Shown one piece after another: positions 16,480 through 25,471 of a stretch of DNA of 45,086 bases. Position 1 is the stretch's first letter. Each line of letters opens with the position of its first letter. The stretch is from Lentisphaeria bacterium UBA2565 (GTDB taxonomy: Bacteria; Verrucomicrobiota; Lentisphaeria; UBA2565), in the NCBI GenBank assembly GCA_002340265.1, contig DDLT01000280.1, positions 1-45,086 on the forward strand, in the 5' to 3' direction. The translations under genes were made by a program, and so were the position numbers. The notes under the pieces were generated by a model. It did not search any database. It had not been told where the DNA came from and saw nothing but the letters and a program-made list of their open reading frames with translations.

Positions 16480-18309
16480 TTATCTGGTTCGTTTGCTTAG
16501 GGTGAAGATGTCTTTCAGCTCTTCGTGATTGTTGGCTTTGAGCCAGTCTTCTTCGAAATCCGGCTCCTGAACGACTTTGGCAATTGCAGCAAGAGTTCGA
16601 AGGTGAAGATTTCGCATGTCTTTTGATCCGATTAAAATGAAGACGGCTTTGACTTTATTATAATCGTCGCAGAAATCGATGCCGTCTTTTGCTTTTACGA
16701 GTATGACTTTGAAGTAGTTTTTTGCTTCAATTATGACATGAGGTATGGCGACAAAATCGCTTATTACTGTGGAACTTTCCTGTTCACGTGTTTTCATACC
16801 CTCTATTAATTTCTCTACACTTTCACCTTCCGGTAGTTCGTCCGATAGTTTGTCGGCTACAGATTGCCATAACTCATCAACTTTGATAACTTTGTCCAAT
16901 TCAATATATGTTGAATTTTTGATGACTTTATCCACCTCATCATGAACGATTTCATCACGGTCTTTTACAATGGTTCTAAGCTCATTCTGCAAGTTCCCGG
17001 AAACTAGTTCCTTATTGGTGATTCTTTGGACGAGATGAATGATTGCAGAGTTATTTTTATGGTTACTATCCCTACGAACGAAATATAGAATGACTCCGGC
17101 AGAGGTGAATAAAAGACTTAGCAGGATTGGTTCCATTCCCATATCAATAATCAGAAGCATGAATGCGATTATTCCAAAAATCTGTAGCCATGGATAGAAT
17201 GGTGACTTATAAGTTGGTCGATAGGTTGAAACACGGCTTTCACGCATAACGATTACGGAAAGGTGGGCAAAGATATTTGAAAGGAGTATTACCGTTGAGG
17301 CTGCTTTGATTAAACTGTCTAAGTTGAGAGTTACAGAAAGTGAAATCAAAACGCCTGTTGCAATAACTGCGACGAACGGTGTTTTCTTTACTTTACTGGT
17401 TTTCTGAAAACTTTCAGGCATCATACCGTCTTCGGAAAGGGCAATTGGATAACGAGATGCAGTTAGAATGCCTCCATTTGCTGTGGTGATGAATGCTAAG
17501 AGAGATGCGATCATGATGGCGTAGTAAAGAATTTTTCCTCCGCTGATTTCACCAGCTATGGCGATTGGAGCCAGAGACGCGGCAAGTTGATCCGGTGGCA
17601 TTGTGCCGACTACAACAAAAGTAACAACTGTGTAAAGCAGGGTGACGGCAATGGTGGAACCTATTAACCCAAGTGGAATGTTTCTTGACGGATTTTTTAT
17701 TTCTCCTGCGATGCTTGCAGTTGTCAACACGCCACCGAAAGAGACGAAAACAAATCCTGCAGTGGAGAACATGGCGTTAAGTCCATGTGAGAAGAACTCT
17801 TCGTATCGTTGTACTTGAACGTTTTCAATGCCGATTCCGAAAAAGGCAATTAGAATCAATATTAGTGCAACAACTAAAGCAACCTGGAATTTTACTGCTT
17901 CCTGAACTCCGTACAAATTAATGGCAGTAAAGATTATTGTGAGAATAACTGCTGAAATGGTGAGATTGATTCCAAAGGTTAAATAGATAAGTTCGGCTAT
18001 ACCAATGACTGCAAATGCACTTTTTAAAGATAAAGCCAGCCAACTTAACAAGCCTGAGACGGTTCCAAATAGTTGTCCGAATGTTCGCGATACATAGTAG
18101 TAATCACCTCCAGCCTTCGGCATGGCTGTGATCAGTTCTGAGAGACTTAAAACGGTTGTCAATGCGACAAGACCGGCTATGAAGTAGGATACGAAAACAG
18201 AGGGGCCGGCCTTAGCAAAGGCGAGTCCTGGTAGAATAAACAGTCCGGAACTTATCATGGCTCCGGCAGAAATGCAGAATATACCGCTTAAACCAATACT
18301 TTTTTTCAT
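16480..18309 (-). CDS. APC-family amino acid permease fused to a C-terminal PTS EIIA (Ntr/Fru-type) domain
   Basis: GAMISSGLFILPG, ELITAMPKAGGDY, AGEIKNPSRNIP, about 12 TM segments; C-terminal REQESST...VAIPH...HLRTLAAIA. Confidence 0.92.
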   Translation of the reverse strand: MKKSIGLSGIFCISAGAMISSGLFILPGLAFAKAGPSVFVSYFIAGLVALTTVLSLSELITAMPKAGGDYYYVSRTFGQLFGTVSGLLSWLALSLKSAFAVIGIAELIYLTFGINLTISAVILTIIFTAINLYGVQEAVKFQVALVVALILILIAFFGIGIENVQVQRYEEFFSHGLNAMFSTAGFVFVSFGGVLTTASIAGEIKNPSRNIPLGLIGSTIAVTLLYTVVTFVVVGTMPPDQLAASLAPIAIAGEISGGKILYYAIMIASLLAFITTANGGILTASRYPIALSEDGMMPESFQKTSKVKKTPFVAVIATGVLISLSVTLNLDSLIKAASTVILLSNIFAHLSVIVMRESRVSTYRPTYKSPFYPWLQIFGIIAFMLLIIDMGMEPILLSLLFTSAGVILYFVRRDSNHKNNSAIIHLVQRITNKELVSGNLQNELRTIVKDRDEIVHDEVDKVIKNSTYIELDKVIKVDELWQSVADKLSDELPEGESVEKLIEGMKTREQESSTVISDFVAIPHVIIEAKNYFKVILVKAKDGIDFCDDYNKVKAVFILIGSKDMRNLHLRTLAAIAKVVQEPDFEEDWLKANNHEELKDIFTLSKRTR

Positions 18310-18381
18310 AGTCTGTCTCTCCTGAAAAGTTGATGTTTTGACTGAGTCTATAAAAGTTCCTACGACTTAGTTTAATCATAA

Positions 18382-18410
18382 ATTACAGAAATAGAAATGG
18401 ATGTTGTCAA
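18382..18410 (-). promoter_or_regulatory. Sigma70 promoter of the permease gene
   Basis: Minus strand TTGACA-N17-TGTAAT (11/12 consensus). Confidence 0.65.
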
Positions 18411-18536
18411 GAACTGTGTATTAATCGTGCTTCGGAGACTCTGCATTCCTTGAAAATGGAGAATCTCCGTTTAGGTTAAAGCTTCAGTGATTTTAAGAAT
18501 AACGATATTTACATAATTTCATAAAAGGGGTTTCAA

Positions 18537-20867
18537 ATGATTGACCTTTTTAAAAAGCGAAAGTTGGAAAAACGTGGTTTTGTGAAAACCTATTCGCGAA
18601 AGAAGTTTAACAAAAGTGAACTGGAGCCAGAGAAACGCTACATTCTGTTCACCCTAATGTGTATTTTTATCATTTGGGGCGTCTTTGCTTATTGTATTTC
18701 AACCAGTGGATTGGTTTCGGTTGCATTGAACTTTGTGGAAGGACAGCGTTCAAATGGTAATTATTATGCTAAAATCGATTTTGCCTATGAAGATACAGAA
18801 CAGACAGAGTTGGTTCGTAGAAAAGAAGCTGCTAAGGAGCCACCACTTTTTTCGGTTGAGCAACATAAAATAGAGGCTTCTACAACTACTTTTGACGCTT
18901 TTACTGATGCAATTCGAAGTGGAGATGAACCCACAGACTCTACAGCCCAAACTATTATCGGCGGATTGACTTCAGAAGAGAAGGACGCATTGAAACAGTT
19001 CTTTTCCACCTCGATTATTAATGAATTTGTTAGAAATAACTTTATTGCATTGATCAATAAAGGTGTTGGTATTAGTAAAGATATGGGAAGCCGGTATGGA
19101 ACTGAACGTTTCGGGGTTATTGATGAAACTGGTCGTAAGTTTTATTACCCTATTGAAGAGTTTCGAACTCCTGATTCAATTGCATTTACGCTTGCTGAAC
19201 TAGCGGCTACACGTTTTGCACAACCCGTGGAAGTGCAAAGTGTGCTTAAAAAAGTTTCTGAAGCTTCAATTAAGCCCAATTTACAGTTTGATGCAAAATC
19301 GACAGATGTTGCAAAACAGTTGCGCCGATCACAAGTTAAGCCGGTGATGATAAATGTAGACGCAAGCGAAGTCATTATTTTAAAAGGTAAAATTCTCACA
19401 AAGAATGACATCAATAAGTGGCGCAACTATGTGAAAGCTTTGAGTAAGACGGATTCCGTAATTAGTATTAAAAATTATGCGAAGTTTCTTTTTGTTGCAC
19501 TTTTGGTCATAACTTTGGCATTTATTTTTATAAACTTTTTTGTTCATCGACTGGCATATCAGCCAAAACTTCTACTGCTTTTTACATTGTCGGTTTCTTT
19601 GACCCTTCTTATGAACCTCGTTGTTCAGCAGGCACTTGTGTTTATAATTGAACGGTTTGGCGTCGACTGGGATCATGTATCTTTTATGACAGTGCTGATG
19701 CCTGTGGCATTGGGGACTATTTTGATGACGCTTCTTGTTGATCACAAAGCTGGACTTCTGGCAACTTTTCTGACCGCCATTTTGGCCGGTTCAATCCGTT
19801 ATTTTGACTTTTTGACTGTTTTAAATGTTATCTTTGTGGGAACTATTGCCTGTATGATGGTTCGCCAAGCTCGTAATCGAATGGCCATTATTCGAGCTTG
19901 TATTGTGGCGGCTATAGTCAATCTTTGTATGCAGTTCCCGTATCTGTTGACAGATCAGCGCCCGATAGAGTTTTATCTTCATTTGACTGGACTGTCTGTT
20001 GTCGGATTTACTGTTCTTTATTTTGCGGTTAGTGTTTTGCTTCCGGTTTTCGAGTTTTTGTTTGGACGAACTACCAATTTGAGTTTGTTGGAACTTTGTG
20101 ATCTCAATCATCCGCTTCTGCAGCGTTTGCAGATGGAGGCTCCGGGTTCTTATCATCATAGTCTGTTGGTGGCGACAATTGCCGAACATGCTGCGAAAGC
20201 GGTTGGTGCGAACCCTCTTTTGACTCGCGTTTGCGCATATTTTCATGACATCGGAAAAATTGCCAACTCCCAGTATTTTACCGAGAACAACTTTGACTCT
20301 TCAAGTAAACATGATGAACTAAAACCGAAGATGAGTAGTTTGGTTATTATGAATCACGTGAAGGAAGGTGTGAATTTGGCGCTTCGATATAAATTGAAGA
20401 AACCGATTATTGAAGCTATTGAACAGCATCACGGTAAAAGCCTTGTATCATTCTTTTATCATTTGGCAAAAGGTGATACAGATGCGAAATATTCTGTAGA
20501 AGATACAGATTTCCGTTATCCTGGACCGTTGCCGCGTCGTAAGGAAATTGTGATTTTGTCTATTGCTGACCCTTGTGAGGCCGCATCTAGAAGTTTGAAG
20601 AAGCCGACGCTTGGAAATATCGAAGCGATGGTGAATTCTATTGTAAATCAGCGCTTTGAAGATGGACATTTTGCCGAGGCTTATGTAACTTTGAAAGAGT
20701 TGGAAATTATTAAGAAAAGTATTGTGACGACTTTAAATAATATGCTACACACACGCGTGGCATATCCTAAAGATGAGAAGGAAGAAACGAATGAAGTTGA
20801 TACTAAACAATCAGGAGTTGAAACTGACGGTGAAGGATCAGGCGCGACTGCTGAGAATTCTCAATAG
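18537..20867 (+). CDS. 7TM receptor with intracellular HD (HDIG) hydrolase, PgpH-like
   Basis: N-terminal TM, large extracytoplasmic domain, about 7 TM segments, then LLELCDLNHPLL, EAPGSYHHS, YFHDIGK, YFTEN, EQHHG, FRYPGP, ADPCEAA. Confidence 0.92.
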   Translation: MIDLFKKRKLEKRGFVKTYSRKKFNKSELEPEKRYILFTLMCIFIIWGVFAYCISTSGLVSVALNFVEGQRSNGNYYAKIDFAYEDTEQTELVRRKEAAKEPPLFSVEQHKIEASTTTFDAFTDAIRSGDEPTDSTAQTIIGGLTSEEKDALKQFFSTSIINEFVRNNFIALINKGVGISKDMGSRYGTERFGVIDETGRKFYYPIEEFRTPDSIAFTLAELAATRFAQPVEVQSVLKKVSEASIKPNLQFDAKSTDVAKQLRRSQVKPVMINVDASEVIILKGKILTKNDINKWRNYVKALSKTDSVISIKNYAKFLFVALLVITLAFIFINFFVHRLAYQPKLLLLFTLSVSLTLLMNLVVQQALVFIIERFGVDWDHVSFMTVLMPVALGTILMTLLVDHKAGLLATFLTAILAGSIRYFDFLTVLNVIFVGTIACMMVRQARNRMAIIRACIVAAIVNLCMQFPYLLTDQRPIEFYLHLTGLSVVGFTVLYFAVSVLLPVFEFLFGRTTNLSLLELCDLNHPLLQRLQMEAPGSYHHSLLVATIAEHAAKAVGANPLLTRVCAYFHDIGKIANSQYFTENNFDSSSKHDELKPKMSSLVIMNHVKEGVNLALRYKLKKPIIEAIEQHHGKSLVSFFYHLAKGDTDAKYSVEDTDFRYPGPLPRRKEIVILSIADPCEAASRSLKKPTLGNIEAMVNSIVNQRFEDGHFAEAYVTLKELEIIKKSIVTTLNNMLHTRVAYPKDEKEETNEVDTKQSGVETDGEGSGATAENSQ

Positions 20868-21282
20868 AGCCGCTGATTATATCACCGAAGATTATCCTGA
20901 GGCGGAAGCGCAGGAACTTGGAGTCTGTTTTCTTGATGCTGAAAGTATGACTAATTTGAACGAATCGTTTGTAAATCATGAAGGTACAACAGATGTGATA
21001 ACATTCGATTTTCGCGATGAGTATAATATTTATGATGAGGCTGAAGAGGCTGTGGGGGAAGTTTATGTCTGTCCGCAGGTCGCAACTGAAAGGTCAGGTG
21101 AGTTTAATAATGATTTTGACTCAGAATTAATCCTCTATGTGGTTCATGGCATGTTGCACCTTTTCGGATACAATGATAAGACGGATGAGGATCAGGCTGA
21201 TATGACACATGCGGAAAACCGGGTGATGGCTTGGTTGAAAGAAGAGGATGACCTGAAGGAGGTTTTTGAATATAATGTCTAG
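20791..21282 (+). CDS. ybeY: rRNA maturation endoribonuclease YbeY
   Basis: LN..F..H..TTDVITF, GEVYVC, ELILYVVHGMLHLFGYND. ATG 20791 preferred (ORF track 20773). Confidence 0.92.
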   Translation: MKLILNNQELKLTVKDQARLLRILNRAADYITEDYPEAEAQELGVCFLDAESMTNLNESFVNHEGTTDVITFDFRDEYNIYDEAEEAVGEVYVCPQVATERSGEFNNDFDSELILYVVHGMLHLFGYNDKTDEDQADMTHAENRVMAWLKEEDDLKEVFEYNV

Positions 21283-22525
21283 TATAATTGTTGTCTTTTC
21301 GTTTACTGTTCTGCTATGGCTTGCAGTCACAAAAATTGCATTGAATGGACTTTCTTGGGGCGGACTTCGTAAATTGGAGCTGAAAGATGCGAAAGAGGAA
21401 AAACGCGTCGCGGGATGGATTGAATATCGTGAACGGCATCTTCAAGTTATCAATTTTTTAAATATTTTCCTTGTCATTTTGACAACCACCGTCTTGTGGA
21501 AGTACACCTTTGCGGGAAAGGAGTTGTTTAATAACCCTCATTTTGATATTTTGATTGCAATCGGTGGCGCAGTTTTTCTTGTAATGGTTCCTGACTTTAT
21601 CGCTTCGAAAATGCAAAATCGTAAATCGTTGAGCCTTTTGAAGCTGACTGCCCCGATTTTATCAATTTTTTCGTTTTTATTTTTACCGATTTTTCTTTTT
21701 AACAGCAATAGAGGTAAAGATAGTGACAATGCGGAGTCTGCATCTGTTGAAGATGAAATTTTATCTTTGGTGGAGCAGGACGCACATTCGGATGATGAAC
21801 ACCAACAGGCTAGTTTGGAAGCTGATGAGCGCAAAATGATTCGTGGTATTTTCGATTTGGATGACACGCTTGTTCGAGAGGTGATGACGCCGAGAGTAGA
21901 TATTCAGGCTGTTGAAGTTGAGTCTGAAATTGCAGTTGTAAAAGAGAAGATTATCGAGTCCGGTCACAGCCGTTTACCGGTTTACGCGGAGTCTCTTGAT
22001 GAAATTGTTGGAATTGTTTACGCAAAAGATCTGCTTGATGAAAAGAAGGTTATTGGACACGATTTAGTGGATTTGCTTCATAAACCGTCTTATATCCCAG
22101 AATCGAAAAATATTGGCGATCTGCTTGATGAATTTCGTCTTAATAAACAGCACCTTGCGGTGATTATCGATGAGTACGGTGGAACCAGCGGAATTGTGAC
22201 CATCGAGGATATTCTTGAAGAGATTGTTGGTGAGATTCAGGATGAGTTTGATACGGAAGAAGAGATTAAACCGCACGTGTTTAATGCGGATGGATCGATT
22301 GACCTTGAAGGACGCTTTTATATCGATGAGTTCAATGAACTGATGAATTCGTCGTTGGAAGAGGATGAGGACTTTGATACTCTGGCCGGATTTATTACAA
22401 ATGAGATTGGCCGAATCCCACAAACTGGCGAAGTTCTTGCGCTTTCAGGATTTAAATTCAGTATTGTCGAAGCCGATGATCGACGAATTCTTAGGGTAAA
22501 TGTCTCACGTGAAGAGGAGAGTTAG
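21266..22525 (+). CDS. Hemolysin/CorC-family protein (CNNM TM + CBS pair + CorC_HlyC)
   Basis: VREVMTPR, SGHSRLPVY, AVIIDEYGGTSGIVTIEDILEEIVGEIQDEFD, FDTLAG. Start may be ATG 21275. Confidence 0.92.
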   Translation: MNIMSSIIVVFSFTVLLWLAVTKIALNGLSWGGLRKLELKDAKEEKRVAGWIEYRERHLQVINFLNIFLVILTTTVLWKYTFAGKELFNNPHFDILIAIGGAVFLVMVPDFIASKMQNRKSLSLLKLTAPILSIFSFLFLPIFLFNSNRGKDSDNAESASVEDEILSLVEQDAHSDDEHQQASLEADERKMIRGIFDLDDTLVREVMTPRVDIQAVEVESEIAVVKEKIIESGHSRLPVYAESLDEIVGIVYAKDLLDEKKVIGHDLVDLLHKPSYIPESKNIGDLLDEFRLNKQHLAVIIDEYGGTSGIVTIEDILEEIVGEIQDEFDTEEEIKPHVFNADGSIDLEGRFYIDEFNELMNSSLEEDEDFDTLAGFITNEIGRIPQTGEVLALSGFKFSIVEADDRRILRVNVSREEES

Positions 22526-22528
22526 AAG

Positions 22529-23188
22529 ATGAAAAAAGGCATATTCAGCTGGAAAAGTAACTTTCTTTCCGGACTTTTGGTTATTCTGCCAATTGTTATT
22601 TCTATTGCGTTAGCCTGGTGGGTTTTCAACTTGCTGACTGTTCATTTGACCGGATTCTTGAAACAGATTCCATTTTTTAGTGAAACTATCTATTCAAACG
22701 GTACTGAAAACCCGGCGTTTACATTTTTACTGCAACTTCTGAGTCTTTTTATTGCTCTCTTTGCAATTTATTTTGTTGGCTTGATCGGTCGTAACTACTT
22801 TGGAAAGCGGTTCTTTCATTTTTGGGAGAATTTCATCAAACAGATTCCAATAGTTCGTGTGATTTACAGCACTGTTCGACAAATTATGAACACGATTTTG
22901 AGTGATAAATCTCACATGTTCAGCAAAGTCGTTCTTGTGGAATATCCACGTAAAGGAATTTATGTGGTTGGCTTTATCACTGCTGATGGAAGTGACGAAA
23001 TTAATAAGGTTATCGGCAAAGAAAAAGTGACGACGGTTTTTGTCCCGACTACGCCGAACCCAACCAGCGGTTTTTTGATTTTTATTCCGGAATGCGAAAT
23101 GACAATTCTGGATATGTCGGTTACCGAAGGCATGCAGCTTGTGATAAGCGGTGGTTCTGTAATTCCAGAAAATTTAGTGCAAAACTAA
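22529..23188 (+). CDS. DUF502-family membrane protein
   Basis: FLSGLLVILP, IPIVRVIY, VVLVEYPRKG, VFVPTTPNPTSGFL, MSVTEGMQLVISGG. Confidence 0.9.
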   Translation: MKKGIFSWKSNFLSGLLVILPIVISIALAWWVFNLLTVHLTGFLKQIPFFSETIYSNGTENPAFTFLLQLLSLFIALFAIYFVGLIGRNYFGKRFFHFWENFIKQIPIVRVIYSTVRQIMNTILSDKSHMFSKVVLVEYPRKGIYVVGFITADGSDEINKVIGKEKVTTVFVPTTPNPTSGFLIFIPECEMTILDMSVTEGMQLVISGGSVIPENLVQN

Positions 23189-23202
23189 GCTTTTTTCGCC
23201 AG

Positions 23203-23240
23203 CTAACCAACTAACTACCTAACCAACTAGACACCTAAAA
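23203..23240 (+). repeat. Degenerate octamer tandem repeat directly before the rsmE start
   Basis: CTAACCAA CTAACTAC CTAACCAA CTAGACAC CTAAAA followed by ATG. Confidence 0.7.
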
Positions 23241-23948
23241 ATGAATTTAGTAATTTTATTTCCCGAAGATTTTGTTTCGGAAAACTTTGTCCGCCTTACA
23301 GATCGCAGATTTCAACATATCAAAAGTATTCACCGTGCAGAGGATGGGAAAGTTCTTAAAGTGGGACTTTTGAACGGTTTGATTGGAACTGGAAAAATCA
23401 GAAAGATTGATTCTGAATCTGTCGAAATGGATGTGAATCTTTTTCAAGAGTCACCGACTCCGGCAGATATAAACCTTGTGATGGCACTCCCACGACCACA
23501 GACGTTGAAAAAAGTGCTTCAGGGTACAATTGAGATGGGAGTGAAGAACATTTATCTTATTGGTTGCAATCGGGTAGAGAAAAGCTTTTGGCAAAGCAAA
23601 ACGCTGAAAGATGAACAGTTGATGCATCATATGCTTTTGGGGCTAGAGCAGGCAGTTGATACCAAACTTCCGAATATCGAATTTCATAAACGTTTCAAGC
23701 CGTTTGTAGAAGAAGTATTTCCAGAAATAACCAAAGAGAGTACACCTTTTATCGCGCACCCGGTCGGAGGTGTGGACTGCCCCTATGATTACGGAAAACC
23801 GATAACGTTGGTTGTCGGACCTGAAGGCGGTTTTATACCTTATGAAGTGGAACGGTTTATCGAAGCTGGCTGTCAGCCGATTCACCTTGGAGAACGTATT
23901 CTTCGTGTTGAACACGCGGTTTTCACTTTAATCAGTAAACTCGGTTGA
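23241..23948 (+). CDS. rsmE: 16S rRNA m3U1498 methyltransferase
   Basis: SPOUT motifs VVGPEGGF and HLGERILRVEHA; ALPRP, EQAVD. Confidence 0.93.
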   Translation: MNLVILFPEDFVSENFVRLTDRRFQHIKSIHRAEDGKVLKVGLLNGLIGTGKIRKIDSESVEMDVNLFQESPTPADINLVMALPRPQTLKKVLQGTIEMGVKNIYLIGCNRVEKSFWQSKTLKDEQLMHHMLLGLEQAVDTKLPNIEFHKRFKPFVEEVFPEITKESTPFIAHPVGGVDCPYDYGKPITLVVGPEGGFIPYEVERFIEAGCQPIHLGERILRVEHAVFTLISKLG

Positions 23949-24815
23949 TTCGTCACTCGCTAGAACAATCAAAGAAATAGACTCTTTTTTTGCGGCTTCA
24001 GCATCCAGAGAATTGCCTGCTCTGTTGTTTGAAGAAAGCAGAATGACTGAGTTTGTCGCATTCTGATTGTAAGTTTTTGATGCGTACTGATAGCCGTAAT
24101 CGATGGACTCTATCAGCTCTGGACGTGTTGAAAGTCGAACCTCCAAAATCGTATCAAGTGCTTCCGCATTGCTCAGGTCGGCAAGTTGAACTTCTTGAAG
24201 TGATGGGCTTGTACCGTTCACAATCACATTCAATTTATCCATTTCGGTAATACTGTTCATAATTCCGGAAAGGTGATTTTCGAGAAGTTTGAAACCGCTC
24301 TGTTTAGACTGTGAGCGTGATGTGTCAAGTACCACGGTGAGTGATCTCGGTTTGTGGTTTAACGGTGCTTTTTGGTCTGAACTGATTGAAATTATATAAC
24401 GCTGGTTGATATCGCTGTTGTCAATTTTGGTCGCAATATTAAAGTTACTGTTGTTTTCCGGCATGATTACATCTTCTTCCATTCTGTAGAGTGTCACAGA
24501 AATCATGAATATGACAAGGAAAAGGGCGACGAATTTAAGTACAAACTTTTTAGGTTTACGTTCGATTTTGAATTCTATATGTGGCTTTTCAATTTCTTTA
24601 ATAAGCTCTGTTCTGTGGTGATCTGAAAGTTTCAACTCACCCGCGTCAATTTCTGGAAGTAGTTCTGATTGAGTCTGCAGAATTTCTTCAAATATTTGAT
24701 TACAGGTTTCACAATGATCCAAGTGCTGTGCAATTTGCATGTTGGCAAACTTATCAAGCTCTCCATGCAGGTACGCTAGCAGTTTCTGTTCACTCGGGTG
24801 GTTCAAGTTATTCAT
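23928..24815 (-). CDS. Anti-sigma factor: zf-HC2 (ZAS) + TM + degenerate von Willebrand A domain
   Basis: LLAYLHGEL...HLDHCETC (HxxxCxxC), one TM segment, then SLTVVLDTSRSQ (DxSxS)...NSVILLSS. ATG 24815 overlaps the sigma stop codon. Confidence 0.8.
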   Translation of the reverse strand: MNNLNHPSEQKLLAYLHGELDKFANMQIAQHLDHCETCNQIFEEILQTQSELLPEIDAGELKLSDHHRTELIKEIEKPHIEFKIERKPKKFVLKFVALFLVIFMISVTLYRMEEDVIMPENNSNFNIATKIDNSDINQRYIISISSDQKAPLNHKPRSLTVVLDTSRSQSKQSGFKLLENHLSGIMNSITEMDKLNVIVNGTSPSLQEVQLADLSNAEALDTILEVRLSTRPELIESIDYGYQYASKTYNQNATNSVILLSSNNRAGNSLDAEAAKKESISLIVLASDESTEFTD

Positions 24816-25353
24816 TTTCAGCTTCCTTAATAAAGACAAATTTCTGACGTAATTTTTTTATTGCATTGTGAATGGTCACTCCAACATTTGACACACTCAT
24901 TTTGTGTGTTTCCGCAATCTCTTTGTAGGAGCACCCCTGATATATCTTCATTTTAACAATGTTTTGCTCTCGTTCGTTTAAGTGAGTAAGGAGTTTCGCT
25001 CCGAGTTTGATATCCTCCGTTCGCTCCATTGCCTTGTCCGGAGGCAAAGTCGCTTTGGCGGTAACAGAAAGGTCTTCATCAGATTCGATTGATTCACTCG
25101 CCAACTTGTTCTTATTCTGCTGTTTACGTTTGAAGTCAATCGCTCCATTGCGAATTACCATCATAATCCAACTCTTGGGATTTTTGACTTCGTTACCGGC
25201 TTTTCTGAACTTGATATATTTGATGAGTGAATCTTGAACTATATCACGTGCATCTTCCAAGTTTCCGGAAATTGCGTAGGCACGTTGAATAAAGAGTCGT
25301 TCATACTCCTGTATAATCTTATCAATTTCAGAGTTGTTTATCATTATTCCCAT
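24808..25353 (-). CDS. ECF RNA polymerase sigma factor
   Basis: Region 2 DARDIVQD..KSWIMMVIRNGAIDFKRK; region 4 LNEREQNIV..GCSYKEIAE..SVSNVGVTIHNAIKKLR. Confidence 0.93.
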   Translation of the reverse strand: MGIMINNSEIDKIIQEYERLFIQRAYAISGNLEDARDIVQDSLIKYIKFRKAGNEVKNPKSWIMMVIRNGAIDFKRKQQNKNKLASESIESDEDLSVTAKATLPPDKAMERTEDIKLGAKLLTHLNEREQNIVKMKIYQGCSYKEIAETHKMSVSNVGVTIHNAIKKLRQKFVFIKEAENE

Positions 25354-25365
25354 TCACTTTTTTAA

Positions 25366-25394
25366 TTAGACGTGAACTCTCGAAGTTTATTAAA
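25366..25394 (-). promoter_or_regulatory. Candidate ECF-type autoregulatory promoter
   Basis: Minus strand TTTAAT-N16-CGTCTAA just upstream of the sigma start; CGTC is a common ECF -10 core. Confidence 0.4.
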
Positions 25395-25402
25395 AGCTGT
25401 TA

Positions 25403-25471
25403 TGTCATTTTATCAATTTAATTTAGAAATAGTGCCATTTTATGATTTTTCTATAACTGTGGTGTCATTTT
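25403..25471. repeat. Three direct repeats TGYCATTTT at an exact 30-bp period
   Basis: TGTCATTTT at 25403, TGCCATTTT at 25433, TGTCATTTT at 25463. Confidence 0.65.

Noticed and set aside
21266-22525. True hemolysin/toxin
   Set aside because: The CBS-CorC architecture and ybeY context point to a Mg2+/metal homeostasis protein.
25403-25471. 30-bp periodic repeats as a mini-CRISPR or iteron array
   Set aside because: The repeat is only 9 bp with three copies, and there is no cas or rep gene nearby.
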